This document shows positions 1-9,718 of a DNA stretch of 64,000 nucleotides, piece by piece. Position 1 is the stretch's first letter, and the number at the start of each line of letters is the position of its first letter. Both the position numbers and the translations under genes were made by a program. Where the stretch lies: positions 992,001-1,056,000 of the forward strand of contig JAYFMW010000006.1 of the NCBI GenBank assembly GCA_042408215.1. Reading direction: 5' to 3'. This DNA is from Microcoleus sp. (lineage in GTDB: Bacteria > Cyanobacteriota > Cyanobacteriia > Cyanobacteriales > Microcoleaceae). A model generated the notes under the pieces. That model was not told where the DNA came from. It saw nothing but the letters and a program-made list of their open reading frames with translations, and did no database searches.

Positions 1-516
1 GGCGCGGCCGGCTCTTACTACTACAACGGAACTTTCCAAGATCGTGCGATCGGTCCCGGCAGAAAAATTGTTTGTTCTGGGGATATCAGCATTGTCAGGT
101 ATCAAGTTGCCAGGAGCGAATGGGGAGCCGATGTTACTTGGAAGGTGAAGGGAGGAGAAAATTGTCCGGCTGTGGGGCAGACAATTAAAATGAATTTAAT
201 CGAGCCTTTACCGCGTGCTAATGCTAGCCGCGACTACAATTCTAACAATGCTAATACTTGGCTGACCGAAACTGCTGGTTTAGCAACTTGGCCATTGTGG
301 CGAATCACCTCGCGGGATGGAGAACTCAACTGTCGCCAGACGCCAAACGGAGCAATTAAACAAGTTTACCGCGCGAATCGAGATACAATTTCCGCTGAAC
401 TCAGGGGAACAAATGCAATTAGAATTGACAAGGGTAAACCCTGGCTGCTGACAACAAAAGGCTGTTATGTGCGTGCTAATTATCAATACATTCAGCCAAT
501 TTCTTTGCCGGAGTAA
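1..516 (+). CDS. Hypothetical protein, 5'-truncated by the window edge
   Basis: Frame 1 is open from base 1 (GAAGSYYYNGTFQD...) to TAA at 514-516; no family recognised. Confidence 0.6.
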   Translation, partial: GAAGSYYYNGTFQDRAIGPGRKIVCSGDISIVRYQVARSEWGADVTWKVKGGENCPAVGQTIKMNLIEPLPRANASRDYNSNNANTWLTETAGLATWPLWRITSRDGELNCRQTPNGAIKQVYRANRDTISAELRGTNAIRIDKGKPWLLTTKGCYVRANYQYIQPISLPE

Positions 517-629
517 GTGACCAATAAGCTGCTGCTTATCATACAGAAATAGTAGTAAGGTGCCCATTGCCCACCCTACAAATAGGGTTGATGCGTCAGT
601 TTTGTTTTACTTAAAACCAGATTTGGTAT

Positions 630-2114
630 TTAGTGACCGATCAGCATAGCTTTTTCTGCGAAATCTTTGCTTTCAGCAGCCTTCGGTTCCTTCAGAATAA
701 AGACACAAAGGAAGCAGACAACTATACCCGCAATTCCGAGTACCTCAAAAAAGCTGTGGTTGCCTGCAACTGTTTGGGGCAACAAGCTATAAAGGGTGGC
801 GTAAAGTACAGAGCCGACACTGCCGTAAGCACCGATATTACCGGCAATTTGACCAGTGACTTCTCGTTTAATTAAGGAGGCGATGCCAAAAGTCGCACCT
901 GCTGCGCCGAAGACGAAGAAGGCACATAACATAGTCATCACAATCACAACTGGCAAATACCAGTTGGCCGTAATTTGACTCATCATTAAATACCCCAATC
1001 CCACTCCGCCTGTCATGACTGTTAGTGTCCATTTGCGGCTACCGATTTTGTCAGAAATTAAGCCTCCGGCTGGACGACTGACCAAGTTCATGAGGGGATA
1101 GGTAGCAGCTAGGGGCCCGGCGATCGCATGATTTAAATTAAAGGTGTGTTCAAAAAATTCTGGTAGCATGGAAACCACAGCGAGCTCTGAACCAAAGCTG
1201 ACTGCATAAGCTAGTTCTAATACAAATACTTGACTGATTTGATAACGTTCATCAGGTTGGTAATGTTTTTGACCGGTGACAACTTCTCGGTTAACTTCCC
1301 AGGCTTTGTAAGCCTGAATAAAATAGAGTGCTGTCAAACTAGCCCAAATGCCGTACATCACATCTGTAGTCAGAAAATTTACTTTTTGCAAGCGCCACAC
1401 AATTAAAGCTAAGGCGCCAAATAGAGGAATATTGGTCATCGACAATGCCCAAAAGCTTTTAGCACTGGTGACTTCCATTGCACCGTTGCGGGCTGGGCGC
1501 TGATAGACTTGGCCGGGAGGAGTGTCTTGAACGTTGCAGTAAAAAATGACTCCGAAAACTGCTGTGACAATGCCGGTGAGGGCGATCGCCAGTCGCCAAT
1601 TTGTTGGCCCGACTGAGAGAAAAGCCGTTCCTGCGGCGATCGCGGGTAACGCTGCTTCTGCGGCAAAAGAGCCAAAGTTGCCCCAACCACCATAGATACC
1701 TTGAGCGAAGCCGATATCTTTTGGGGGAAACCATTCGGCAACTAAACGAATGCCAACCACGAATCCAGCGCCGACTATTCCCATCGCCAGACGGCTCAAA
1801 ACCAACTGATTGAAGTTTTGGGCAAAGGCGAAGGCCAGAGTGGGAAATGCTGCATACACCAGGAGTGAAGAGAAGGTGATGCGAGGCCCGAAGCGATCGA
1901 GCAACATCCCGATAATAATACGTGCCGGAATGGTGAGAGCTAGGTTGCACAGACTGATGATTCTGGCTTGGCTAACAGTCAATCCCAAATCGTGCTGCAC
2001 CGTGGTGCTGAAGGGTGCGTAGTTGAACCAGACTACGAAAGTTAAGAAAAAAGCAAACCAACTCAGGTTCAGAATCCGAAAAGGCCCTCTGAACGACAAA
2101 AGCCCTTGAAACAT
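630..2114 (-). CDS. nrtP: MFS nitrate/nitrite transporter (NarK/NrtP family)
   Basis: 494 aa, highly hydrophobic; LSWFAFFLTFVVWF start and nitrate-signature-like GFAQGIYGGWGNFG. Confidence 0.9.
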   Translation of the reverse strand: MFQGLLSFRGPFRILNLSWFAFFLTFVVWFNYAPFSTTVQHDLGLTVSQARIISLCNLALTIPARIIIGMLLDRFGPRITFSSLLVYAAFPTLAFAFAQNFNQLVLSRLAMGIVGAGFVVGIRLVAEWFPPKDIGFAQGIYGGWGNFGSFAAEAALPAIAAGTAFLSVGPTNWRLAIALTGIVTAVFGVIFYCNVQDTPPGQVYQRPARNGAMEVTSAKSFWALSMTNIPLFGALALIVWRLQKVNFLTTDVMYGIWASLTALYFIQAYKAWEVNREVVTGQKHYQPDERYQISQVFVLELAYAVSFGSELAVVSMLPEFFEHTFNLNHAIAGPLAATYPLMNLVSRPAGGLISDKIGSRKWTLTVMTGGVGLGYLMMSQITANWYLPVVIVMTMLCAFFVFGAAGATFGIASLIKREVTGQIAGNIGAYGSVGSVLYATLYSLLPQTVAGNHSFFEVLGIAGIVVCFLCVFILKEPKAAESKDFAEKAMLIGH

Positions 2115-2315
2115 ACTAAGTTATCCTAAGAAATTATTCAGAATATAGTGCAAATAGGGTTTATTTACGATCGGTAACGTTTCCATGTCTGTAGTTAGAC
2201 TTAACCGGACTATCTCTGTACGGTTTGAACTGGTTGTCCAGTTTGATCCAGTATCTCGCTGATAGCGCCTCAACCTCTTGCGTCCCCATTCAAGTCGATG
2301 TCTTCAGAGAACTTT

Positions 2316-2329
2316 GTATACTAGGTAAC
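2316..2329 (-). promoter_or_regulatory. Putative NtcA site upstream of nrtP
   Basis: GTT-N8-TAC on the minus strand, one mismatch to GTA-N8-TAC; a weak -10-like TTGAAT follows 22 nt downstream. Confidence 0.55.
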
Positions 2330-2366
2330 TTTTTCTTCCGATCGCACAAGCAAACGCATCAATTCG

Positions 2367-2381
2367 ATGCAGATCTTGCAT
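2367..2381. promoter_or_regulatory. Putative NtcB (LysR) site
   Basis: ATGCAGATCTTGCAT fits AT-N11-AT with TGCA-N5-TGCA; centred 51.5 bp upstream of the NtcA-like site. Confidence 0.55.
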
Positions 2382-2480
2382 TTAGTCTTGATTTTAGTAA
2401 TATATACTTATTGCGTTCAAAGATAAAAAAAAGTATATTTGAATACAGAAATTAAATTAAATTTAAAGGCGGTAGGTAAA

Positions 2481-2900
2481 ATGCTTGTACGCTTAACCAA
2501 AATAGAAACTCAGCAAGGCGATCGGAACTCCAGCAGTGCCATGAACAACGGATTGAAGCTTAAATCAAGACTTTTTAGTTTTCTGACTGTATGTGTAGCG
2601 GTGGCTGGATGCTTGGGAACTGCTCCTGGGGCGATCGCCCAGGAAGCTGAACCGCAAGTAAAAGCACAAGCCGAACTCGTCAACAGCACGACAACTCAAC
2701 CTAATGCTGTGCCTCAATTCGATGCTGCTCAGCAGGAAGAAATTTCCCAGATGTTGTTGGGATTTATCTATTTTGTGTTGCCTGTGGGTGTGGCATTAAG
2801 TATCTTTCTGCACGACAAATATGCTCAGAAGCGTTCTACTACTCTCAACCAGCAGATAGAAGTTTTAGAGATTTCCTTCAACCACACTCCTCAACTTTAA
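2481..2900 (+). CDS. Hypothetical membrane protein
   Basis: Signal-like hydrophobic segment and one C-terminal TM helix; start uncertain (2481 or 2541). Confidence 0.6.
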   Translation: MLVRLTKIETQQGDRNSSSAMNNGLKLKSRLFSFLTVCVAVAGCLGTAPGAIAQEAEPQVKAQAELVNSTTTQPNAVPQFDAAQQEEISQMLLGFIYFVLPVGVALSIFLHDKYAQKRSTTLNQQIEVLEISFNHTPQL

Positions 2901-2920
2901 ACGTGAAATACTTTTATTTT

Positions 2921-3040
2921 AAATCCCCGACTTCTTGAAGAAGCCGGGGATTTTGGTATTTTGTCAAATGCTTCACCCCTACATCTTAAAAAAACATAAT
3001 AAACAAATCCCCAACTTCTTTTTTAAGAAGTCAGGGATCT
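2921..3040. repeat. Two REP-like palindromes (ATCCCCGACTTCTT...AAGAAGTCGGGGAT family) between convergent genes; possible bidirectional terminator
   Basis: Hairpins at about 2921-2953 and 3005-3040; a third copy lies at about 20322-20354. Confidence 0.7.
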
Positions 3041-3076
3041 AACAGCTATGGCATTTACTGACTAAAAGATTTAGAT

Positions 3077-4174
3077 TTATTCCAAATCTTCTACTTCTAC
3101 ATCTCCATCCTCATCCTCATCCTCAACAGGAGCGACAGAATTAGCAGAAACTACAGCTCCCGTATCAAGTTTTTCCCGCACTAACTTCTCGATCTCATTT
3201 TTAAATTCGGTCTTTTCCTCCATGTACCGAATCACGTTATCGCGTCCTTGAGCAATGTTGTCGCCGTTGTAGCTGTACCAAGAACCTTTTTTCGTAATTA
3301 CTCCCATTTCGTCGGCCAAGTCAGTCAGACAGCCTAAAGTAGAAATGCCTTTGCCAAATACAATGTCAAATTCGGCAATGCGGAAAGGCGGAGCAACTTT
3401 ATTTTTAGCAACTTTAACTTTCGTGCGGTTGCCGTATTCTTCTGTACCTTTTTTCAAGCTTTGAATGCGGCGAATGTCAAGCCGCACGCTGGCGTAGAAT
3501 TTGAGAGCGTTGCCGCCGGTTGTTGTTTCGGGGTTGCCGTAAGTTACGCCGATTTTCTGCCGCAATTGGTTGAGGAAAATGACGGTACAGCCGGATTTGC
3601 CGATGTTGCCGGTGATTTTCCGTAAAGCTTGGCTCATCAAGCGGGCTTGCAAACCCATGTGGGAGTCGCCCATGTCGCCTTCGATTTCGGCGCGGGGGAC
3701 GAGGGCGGCTACGGAGTCTATTACTACGATATCGACGGCGACGGAACGCACGAGTTGATCGACAATTTCCAGGGCCATTTCGCCGGTATCCGGCTGGGAA
3801 ACTAGGAGATTTTCAATATCGACGCCTAAAGCTGAGGCGTAGGTGGGATCGAGGGCGTGTTCGGCATCGACGAAGGCTGCGATACCGCCGGATTTTTGGA
3901 CTTCGGCGATCGCGTGGAGGGCTAAAGTTGTTTTACCGGAACTTTCTGGGCCGTAAATTTCAATGACTCGGCCTTTGGGTAAACCGCCACCTAAAGCGAT
4001 GTCGAGGGTGAGAGCTCCGCTGGGAATGGTTTCTACCCTCATGCGAGTGGCGTCTCCCAATCGGACGATCGACCCTTTGCCAAAGCTACGCTCAATTTGG
4101 GATAGTACCAGATTGAGGGCTTTTTGCTTTTCGGGGTTTTCAGTAATTTTTATAGAGGTTTCTTTTTTTGCCAT
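3077..4174 (-). CDS. recA: Recombinase RecA
   Basis: GPESSGKTT Walker [24 protein letters not shown]. Confidence 0.99.
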   Translation of the reverse strand: MAKKETSIKITENPEKQKALNLVLSQIERSFGKGSIVRLGDATRMRVETIPSGALTLDIALGGGLPKGRVIEIYGPESSGKTTLALHAIAEVQKSGGIAAFVDAEHALDPTYASALGVDIENLLVSQPDTGEMALEIVDQLVRSVAVDIVVIDSVAALVPRAEIEGDMGDSHMGLQARLMSQALRKITGNIGKSGCTVIFLNQLRQKIGVTYGNPETTTGGNALKFYASVRLDIRRIQSLKKGTEEYGNRTKVKVAKNKVAPPFRIAEFDIVFGKGISTLGCLTDLADEMGVITKKGSWYSYNGDNIAQGRDNVIRYMEEKTEFKNEIEKLVREKLDTGAVVSANSVAPVEDEDEDGDVEVEDLE

Positions 4175-4506
4175 TTGGGGTACGCGGGTAGGGCCCTTGG
4201 GGAGCTTGTTGATTAACTGTACAACACGTATGTTAGCAGATACATTTAACCCGGTAAATCCAGGATTGCGCCTCGATCTACTGTGTACGGCATATCAGGC
4301 ATCGCTTTTAGCTTGACCGATAGGGAGGTATCTCTCAAAGCTTTCAACAAAATATTGAAAGCGCTATTCCAGAAGTTACGTTTTTGGGAGCTGAGCCGTT
4401 ACGCTTACTACGAAACTTTCTTTTGAGTCCGATGCTTCAGCGCGCTGGTTTTAAACGGTAGCCTATCTTATTATATACCACCAATCTCAGGAACATTGAG
4501 TTTTAC

Positions 4507-4618
4507 TGGTTTCCAGGCAGAGTCTGGGAACCGATGTCCAGAGGGCCTCGAAAAGCTGACATGAAAATTGGAGGCAGAGCCAAAGCATCTGTGTTACCAG
4601 GCTCTTCCTGGTAACGAG
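4507..4618. repeat. REP-like palindromic repeat
   Basis: Hairpins ggtttccaggcagagtctgggaacc and gttaccaggctcttcctggtaac. Confidence 0.5.
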
Positions 4619-4637
4619 TAATCGCCACGAGGCAAAC

Positions 4638-6186
4638 ATAGCATCTACAACACATCAAAACAAATCTGTCGTTAGCGCAGCCCTCGAAGAGGCTCGCAAA
4701 AACTCCCGGTGGCTGCTAGGCTGATTAGCGATCGCCATTGTACTAGGCATCGGATTTCGTGGCTTTGAGCTCGATCGCCAACTTTACGGGCATCAACGAA
4801 GCATACACCTCAATCCGGGCCGCTGGTTTCACCAGGCAAGAAATCGACGACGAACTATTCCAAAATCGGATTTTACCGCGCCGGAATTACCAAAATATCA
4901 GCGAATTAAACCAGGAAGTACAGCAGCAGACACAATCCATGCTTTAGCACTTGAAGACCCACAGCATCCGCCTTTATATTTTTTAATTGCTCGTTTTTGG
5001 ATGCAGAAATTTGGTATTTCTTTAACAGCATCCCGCAGTTTACCAGCACTATTAAGTTTGCTATCCCTGCCTTTAATGTACGCTCGATCTCAAGAACTAT
5101 AGCAGTTCTCAATCTTGGTGAGGTATGCCCTATGCCCTATGCCCTATGCCCTATGCCCTATGCCCTATGCCCTATGCCCTATGCCCTAGTTCCGAGAGCA
5201 CCGCACTGTTACTGAGAAAGGCTATATTTGCCTCGAATTTAACATCGTTATTAGCCACAGCACTGTTAGCTTTATCTCCCTTTGACATCTTATTTGCTCT
5301 GACAGCAAAGCCGTACAGTTTGCTGACAGTATCTTAGCAGTAACAGCAGCTTTAATCTTGTACATTCCTTGGCTCTCGTGCTAGCAACTAATCTTCAACG
5401 AGCCTCAGCTACTACAGATTGGACGCGAGGATATCCCGGATTGCTTGATCTGGTAAAATTGTGTTGAGTTTTACAGCGCTATTTTTTGACCTAAATTTAG
5501 GCTTTGATAGTGTCTGGAATTATCTGGGCAAATTGCCATTTTTACTCTTAATTATAGCAGCTATTTACAAAATTTGCAAACGGAAAACCAGTTCAACTTG
5601 GCTATTTGTTTTAAGAGCAATTTTTGTACCTTTTGTGATGCTGGCTTGGCCGGATCTAATCATCGGTGGCAAAGGTTACGCTGTCAGCCGCTATCTCATT
5701 TATTGCTTTCCGGGAGTGCAGCTAGCTGTTGCTTATTTGCTAGCAAATAGCGTAAAAAATCGGCAGCGGTTCTGGGAATTTACTTGAGCAGCGGTATTTA
5801 CAGCAAGTATAGTATCTTGTGTTGTTAGCGCTTTTTCGGATACTTGGTGGAGCAAAGACTTGAGCTATTTTAATGCTGAAGTCGCCCAAAAGATTAATCC
5901 AGAGGCGATCGCGAATAGGTCGATCAAAGATACAATTGTAATTAGCGATCGCGGTAAGGATTTTACTAACATGGGAGATTTACTTTCCCTGAGTTATTTG
6001 CTTGACAAAAATGTACGGCTGATGCTAATAAGCCAGTCACCCGACATCGAGATGTTGAACACATATTCGGCTCCGCTGGTGTTCCGCCCTTCGGAAAAAT
6101 TGCGATCGGCATTTAAGCGAAATCAACGTCGGTTAGAGCCTATATTGGAATACGCCAGACTTTTTCGAGGGCGGCGAGCTTCCTAG
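4638..6186 (+). pseudogene. Degraded GT39/PMT-like membrane glycosyltransferase
   Basis: Fragments in several frames (EAYTSIRAAG, ALLALSPFDILFA, RYLIYCFPGVQLAVAYLL) with stops, frameshifts and a MITE insertion; start approximate. Confidence 0.7.
5100..5224. mobile_element. TA-targeting MITE carrying (TATGCCC)x9
   Basis: Ends TAGCAGTTCTCA...TGAGAAAGGCTA with TA duplication; removal restores GAA CTA TTT GCC (ELFA) of the host gene. Confidence 0.8.
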
Positions 6187-6208
6187 AATTTCGAGAGAGC
6201 AAGTAGAG

Positions 6209-6546
6209 ACAGCAGATTCCATGTTTATGAAGTACACCGTGCGATCGTTCGATCCCCCTAGGGACACTAAGCGCGTGCCCATTGGTGTCAACTTAAGCCT
6301 GAAACCCTTGGTATATCTCGCTTTTACCTAAGTCTAGAACCCCCTAAATCCCCCTTAAGAAGGGGGACGAAAGAAAAGACTCCTGTCCCACCCCCTACTC
6401 CCCTTCTTAAGGGGGAGTAGGGGGCAAGAATGCGGGGGGATCTAGATTTAATAGTCAAACAACAGTCTATGACTGGGTTTGACCTTAAGTTGACACCTAT
6501 GGGCATGGCCCTGTCCCTACACTCCATAAACCTGGAATATCCTGTA
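6209..6546. mobile_element. Outer TIR mini-element (TACAGC..ATTCCAGGTTTATGAAGT family) containing a REP and an inner MITE
   Basis: Its ends are imperfect inverted repeats; related copies at 18705-19055 and about 22650-22752. Confidence 0.65.
6280..6501. mobile_element. MITE with CATTGGTGTCAACTTAAG terminal inverted repeats, copy 1
   Basis: 18-bp TIRs; internal CCCCTAAATCCCCCTTAAGAAGGGGG palindromes. Confidence 0.8.
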
Positions 6547-6580
6547 TCAATAATTATCTAAAATAGCGGGATAAAAGGAA

Positions 6581-8116
6581 ATGCAAGAGTTAAAAAATGC
6601 TGACTCAGAATACGGGCAGCAATTCCGCAATCTTCAGATAGAACTGCGCGAACGGTGGCATAAAGTAGAAGAATTCGACAGCGGAGATTGTGACATCATC
6701 ATCATTCCTTCTGTCAGCTTAGATCGGAAAGAAATGCAGAAAGTTGAGGGTGCTTACCACTACGAAGAGCGGCATTTATTTTCGTTGATTCGCCTGCGAA
6801 ATCCCCGCACGCGCCTGATTTATATTACTTCCCAGCCGCTGCATCCAATGATCGTTGATTATTACTTGCAATTGCTGCCCGGAATTCCTTTTTCACACGC
6901 GCGCGATCGGCTTTTTCTATTCTCCACTTACGATGCTTCTCCCAAATCTCTCACCCAGAAAATTTTAGAGCGGCCACGGTTGATGGAACGGATTCGTCAA
7001 GCAGTGCGGCCGACAAAATCTTATATGGTTTGTTACAACTCAACGCCCTTAGAGCGCGAGTTATCTGTGAAGTTGGGAATTCCTTTGTGGGCCAGCGATC
7101 CTGATTTGCTCTACTGGGGAACAAAAAGTGGCAGTAGGCAGATTTTTGAAGAATCTGGCGTGCCTTATCCTGACGGTTCCGAGTTAGTTTGGAATGGGGA
7201 AGATTTGGCAAAAGCAGCAGCCAAATTGTGGGAACGCCAGCCACATTTGCAGCGGATGGTAATTAAGCTAAATGAGGGCTTTTCCGGGGAGGGAAATGCG
7301 ATTTTGGAACTGAAGCAGATCGCCCATACAGCACCTTGGGAAAGAGTAAAAGCAATCAGGGATTGTTTTCCACATTTGCGCTTTCAAGCAACGGGGGAAA
7401 CTTGGGAAAATTTCAGCAGCAGAATCCCAGAATTAGGGGCAATTGCCGAAGCATTTATCGAAGGAGCAGAAAAGCGATCGCCAAGCGTTCAAGGGAGAAT
7501 TGTACCCAGTGGCGAAGTAGAAATTCTCTCAACCCATGACCAGATTTTAGGAGGCCCAGACGGTCAAATTTTCTTGGGCTGTCGATTTCCTGCGGACGAA
7601 TCCTATCGGCTGGAATTGCAAGAATTAGGCAGGAAAATCGGGTATAACTTGGCAGAAAAAGGTGCTTTAGAGCAATTTGGCATCGATTATGTGGCTGTGC
7701 GGCAAGAGGACGGCAAATGGGACATTCAAGCAATTGAAATTAACTTACGAAAAGGCGGCACAACTCATCCGTTTATGGCGCTGAAGCTGTTAACAAATGG
7801 TCGGTACGAACGTTCTACAGGTTCATTTTACAGTCAGCAGGGCCGTCCGAAATATTATGTGGCTTCTGATAATTTGAAAAAAGAGCGCTATCGGGGATTG
7901 TTGCCGAATGATTTGATGGATATTATTGCTGATAATCAACTGCACTTTGACAGCGGTACTGAGACTGGTACGGTGTTTCATTTAATGGGTTGTTTGTCGG
8001 AATTTGGGAAATTGGGATTGACAAGTATTGGCAATTCCCCGCAAGAGGCAGAGGAGATTTATAATAAAGTTGTGAAAGTTCTCGATCGAGAAACCTCTGT
8101 CGATTTTAGATTTTAG
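6581..8116 (+). CDS. ATP-grasp peptide ligase PGM1-related protein
   Basis: HYEER, KLNEGFSGEGNA, RSPSVQ, STHDQILGG and EINLRKGGTTHP motifs. Confidence 0.85.
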   Translation: MQELKNADSEYGQQFRNLQIELRERWHKVEEFDSGDCDIIIIPSVSLDRKEMQKVEGAYHYEERHLFSLIRLRNPRTRLIYITSQPLHPMIVDYYLQLLPGIPFSHARDRLFLFSTYDASPKSLTQKILERPRLMERIRQAVRPTKSYMVCYNSTPLERELSVKLGIPLWASDPDLLYWGTKSGSRQIFEESGVPYPDGSELVWNGEDLAKAAAKLWERQPHLQRMVIKLNEGFSGEGNAILELKQIAHTAPWERVKAIRDCFPHLRFQATGETWENFSSRIPELGAIAEAFIEGAEKRSPSVQGRIVPSGEVEILSTHDQILGGPDGQIFLGCRFPADESYRLELQELGRKIGYNLAEKGALEQFGIDYVAVRQEDGKWDIQAIEINLRKGGTTHPFMALKLLTNGRYERSTGSFYSQQGRPKYYVASDNLKKERYRGLLPNDLMDIIADNQLHFDSGTETGTVFHLMGCLSEFGKLGLTSIGNSPQEAEEIYNKVVKVLDRETSVDFRF

Positions 8117-8189
8117 ATTTTAGATAGAAACGGAGGACACGGCAGTGCCGTTTCCCTACCCCGATAAATTGTAGGGAAACGGCATTGCC

Positions 8190-8396
8190 CATAGGTGTCA
8201 ACTTAAGCCTGAAACCCTTGGTATCTCTCGCTTTTACCCAAGTCTAGATCCCCCTAAATCCCCCTTAAGAAGGGGAGTAGGGGGTGACTTTGATCGGACT
8301 CCTGTCCCCCCCTTCTTAAGGGGGGTTAGGGGGGATCTGGCCTTAATCGTCAAACAGTAGTCTGTGACAGGGTTTGGCCTTAAGTTGACACCAATG
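8190..8396. mobile_element. CATTGG-TIR MITE, copy 2, with 9-bp target duplication
   Basis: GGCATTGCC at both 8181-8189 and 8397-8405, inside a GTAGGGAAACGGCA..TGCCGTGTCC REP. Confidence 0.85.
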
Positions 8397-8521
8397 GGCA
8401 TTGCCGTGTCCTGATTGTGGGTAATATTAATTCCCATGCGACCGGATTTGATATCACTACGATCAATAATTCATCCCTGTATCTGTGTCAAAATCCTTGT
8501 GGTGCTTTCCTTCTGCTATAA

Positions 8522-9130
8522 CTAATTTTTAGCGGGATAAAGGGGCGAAGGGTCGATGGAACCTGTGCGATTGAGAGGCCAAAAACGCACAATTGCCCTA
8601 CCGATAATATTTTGCTTGGGTACATAGCCCCAATAGTGACTATCGCAGCTTTGGTTACGGTTGTCGCCTAGCACCAAGTAAGAATTTGGAGATACCACTA
8701 CAGGCCCGTAGGGATACTGCGGAATTTCTTCAATATATTTTTCCTGTAGCGGTTGCTTGTTGATATAAACTTTTCCCTCTCTAACTTCCACGCTGTCCCC
8801 TGGAAGTCCGATTACTCGCTTGATGTAGGCATCTTTGATCGGCGGCGGCTGTCCCGTACACAAGCTGGCCGGGTCAGGAGGCATAAATACGATAATATCT
8901 CCTCGCTGAGGATCTTGGAATCGATAACTCACCTTATCAATAATTAAGCGATCGTTAATTTGTAGGGTTGGGAGCATTGAGCCTGTGGGAATGTAGCGAG
9001 CTTCAGCAACGAGAGTGCGAATGCCAAAGGCTAAGACTGCTGCTAAGCCGATCGTCTTAATTGCTTCTATCCAAGGGTTTTCGGTGTCTTGCGGGGGTTT
9101 TTGGTCCGCTGACTTGTCTAAACGAGTCAT
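8522..9130 (-). CDS. lepB: Signal peptidase I
   Basis: [10 protein letters not shown] (catalytic Ser), [11 protein letters not shown] (Lys), [12 protein letters not shown]. Confidence 0.95.
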   Translation of the reverse strand: MTRLDKSADQKPPQDTENPWIEAIKTIGLAAVLAFGIRTLVAEARYIPTGSMLPTLQINDRLIIDKVSYRFQDPQRGDIIVFMPPDPASLCTGQPPPIKDAYIKRVIGLPGDSVEVREGKVYINKQPLQEKYIEEIPQYPYGPVVVSPNSYLVLGDNRNQSCDSHYWGYVPKQNIIGRAIVRFWPLNRTGSIDPSPLYPAKN

Positions 9131-9502
9131 AAAACTATTCGGTAAGTGGGAAACTCAGAGTCTTTAGATCTGAGAGGGAAACTTCAAGGGGGTTGAAACC
9201 GCCTTGAATCCCCTTTCGGGGTTGGAGGGGTATGGTTGCCCCTCCTTTCGAGGTATGGTTGCCTCGGTCTCCCTTACGGGGTGATGTTAGCTTCGCCAAT
9301 GTTATCAGGGCTTGCGCCGGCTTGCAGCACTATCTCTGTTACCTTAAGACTGTTTAACCACAAGCGACAGAGCAGGGGACTAGCTTCGCATCCACAGGGT
9401 GTCGTGACCCAAATAACGTAGACCTCGAAGGTCTTAGGCTGGTCAGAATGGCTTACTTGATTTCTCTTGCAAGCCCAATCTCTTTAGAGTTGGGTTCCTG
9501 AC
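9131..9502 (-). mobile_element. ORF-less, non-autonomous IS200/IS605 IscB-type element
   Basis: Starts GTCA and ends CTGAGTTTCCCACTTACCGA..TTTT, like the element at 47903-49601; abuts the ATGA of lepB. Confidence 0.8.
9269..9502 (-). ncRNA. Stand-alone omegaRNA/HEARO-like scaffold
   Basis: Shares blocks TGACCAG, CTACGTT, GGATGCGAAGCTAGTCC, GTTAAACAG and CGAAGCTAACAT.ACCCCG.AAGGGAG with the leader of iscB at 39175-39471. Confidence 0.8.
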
Positions 9503-9718
9503 AGGGTATTGTAGTCACTAGGCTGAATACAAATTCTAGCAGAAGTCAGAAGTCAGAAGTCAGAAATTGATGTAAAAATGCAATAAAATTAATGGTTTCA
9601 GCAATTAAAAACCTTCTAATTGTTGAGAGGGAGTTTCAATTCCTCTTGTGTTGGCGGAACTGTTTAAGGATAAAATATTGCCATGCTTGCACGCACTTTA
9701 CTCAATTAATTATATCTT

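Noticed and set aside
4217..4232. Cyanobacterial LexA box upstream of recA
   Set aside because: GTAC-N5-GTAT has the wrong spacing for RGTACNNNDGTWCB
4997..5337. ORFs with MPYALCP repeats
   Set aside because: Translations of the heptamer array and pseudogene fragments
6324..6527. Short ORFs within MITEs (also 8234-8437 and 18824-19087)
   Set aside because: Translations of non-coding repeat elements
9131..9502. Group I intron / IStron
   Set aside because: No recognisable group I core by eye, and the sequence is explained by the omegaRNA blocks; splicing remains untested
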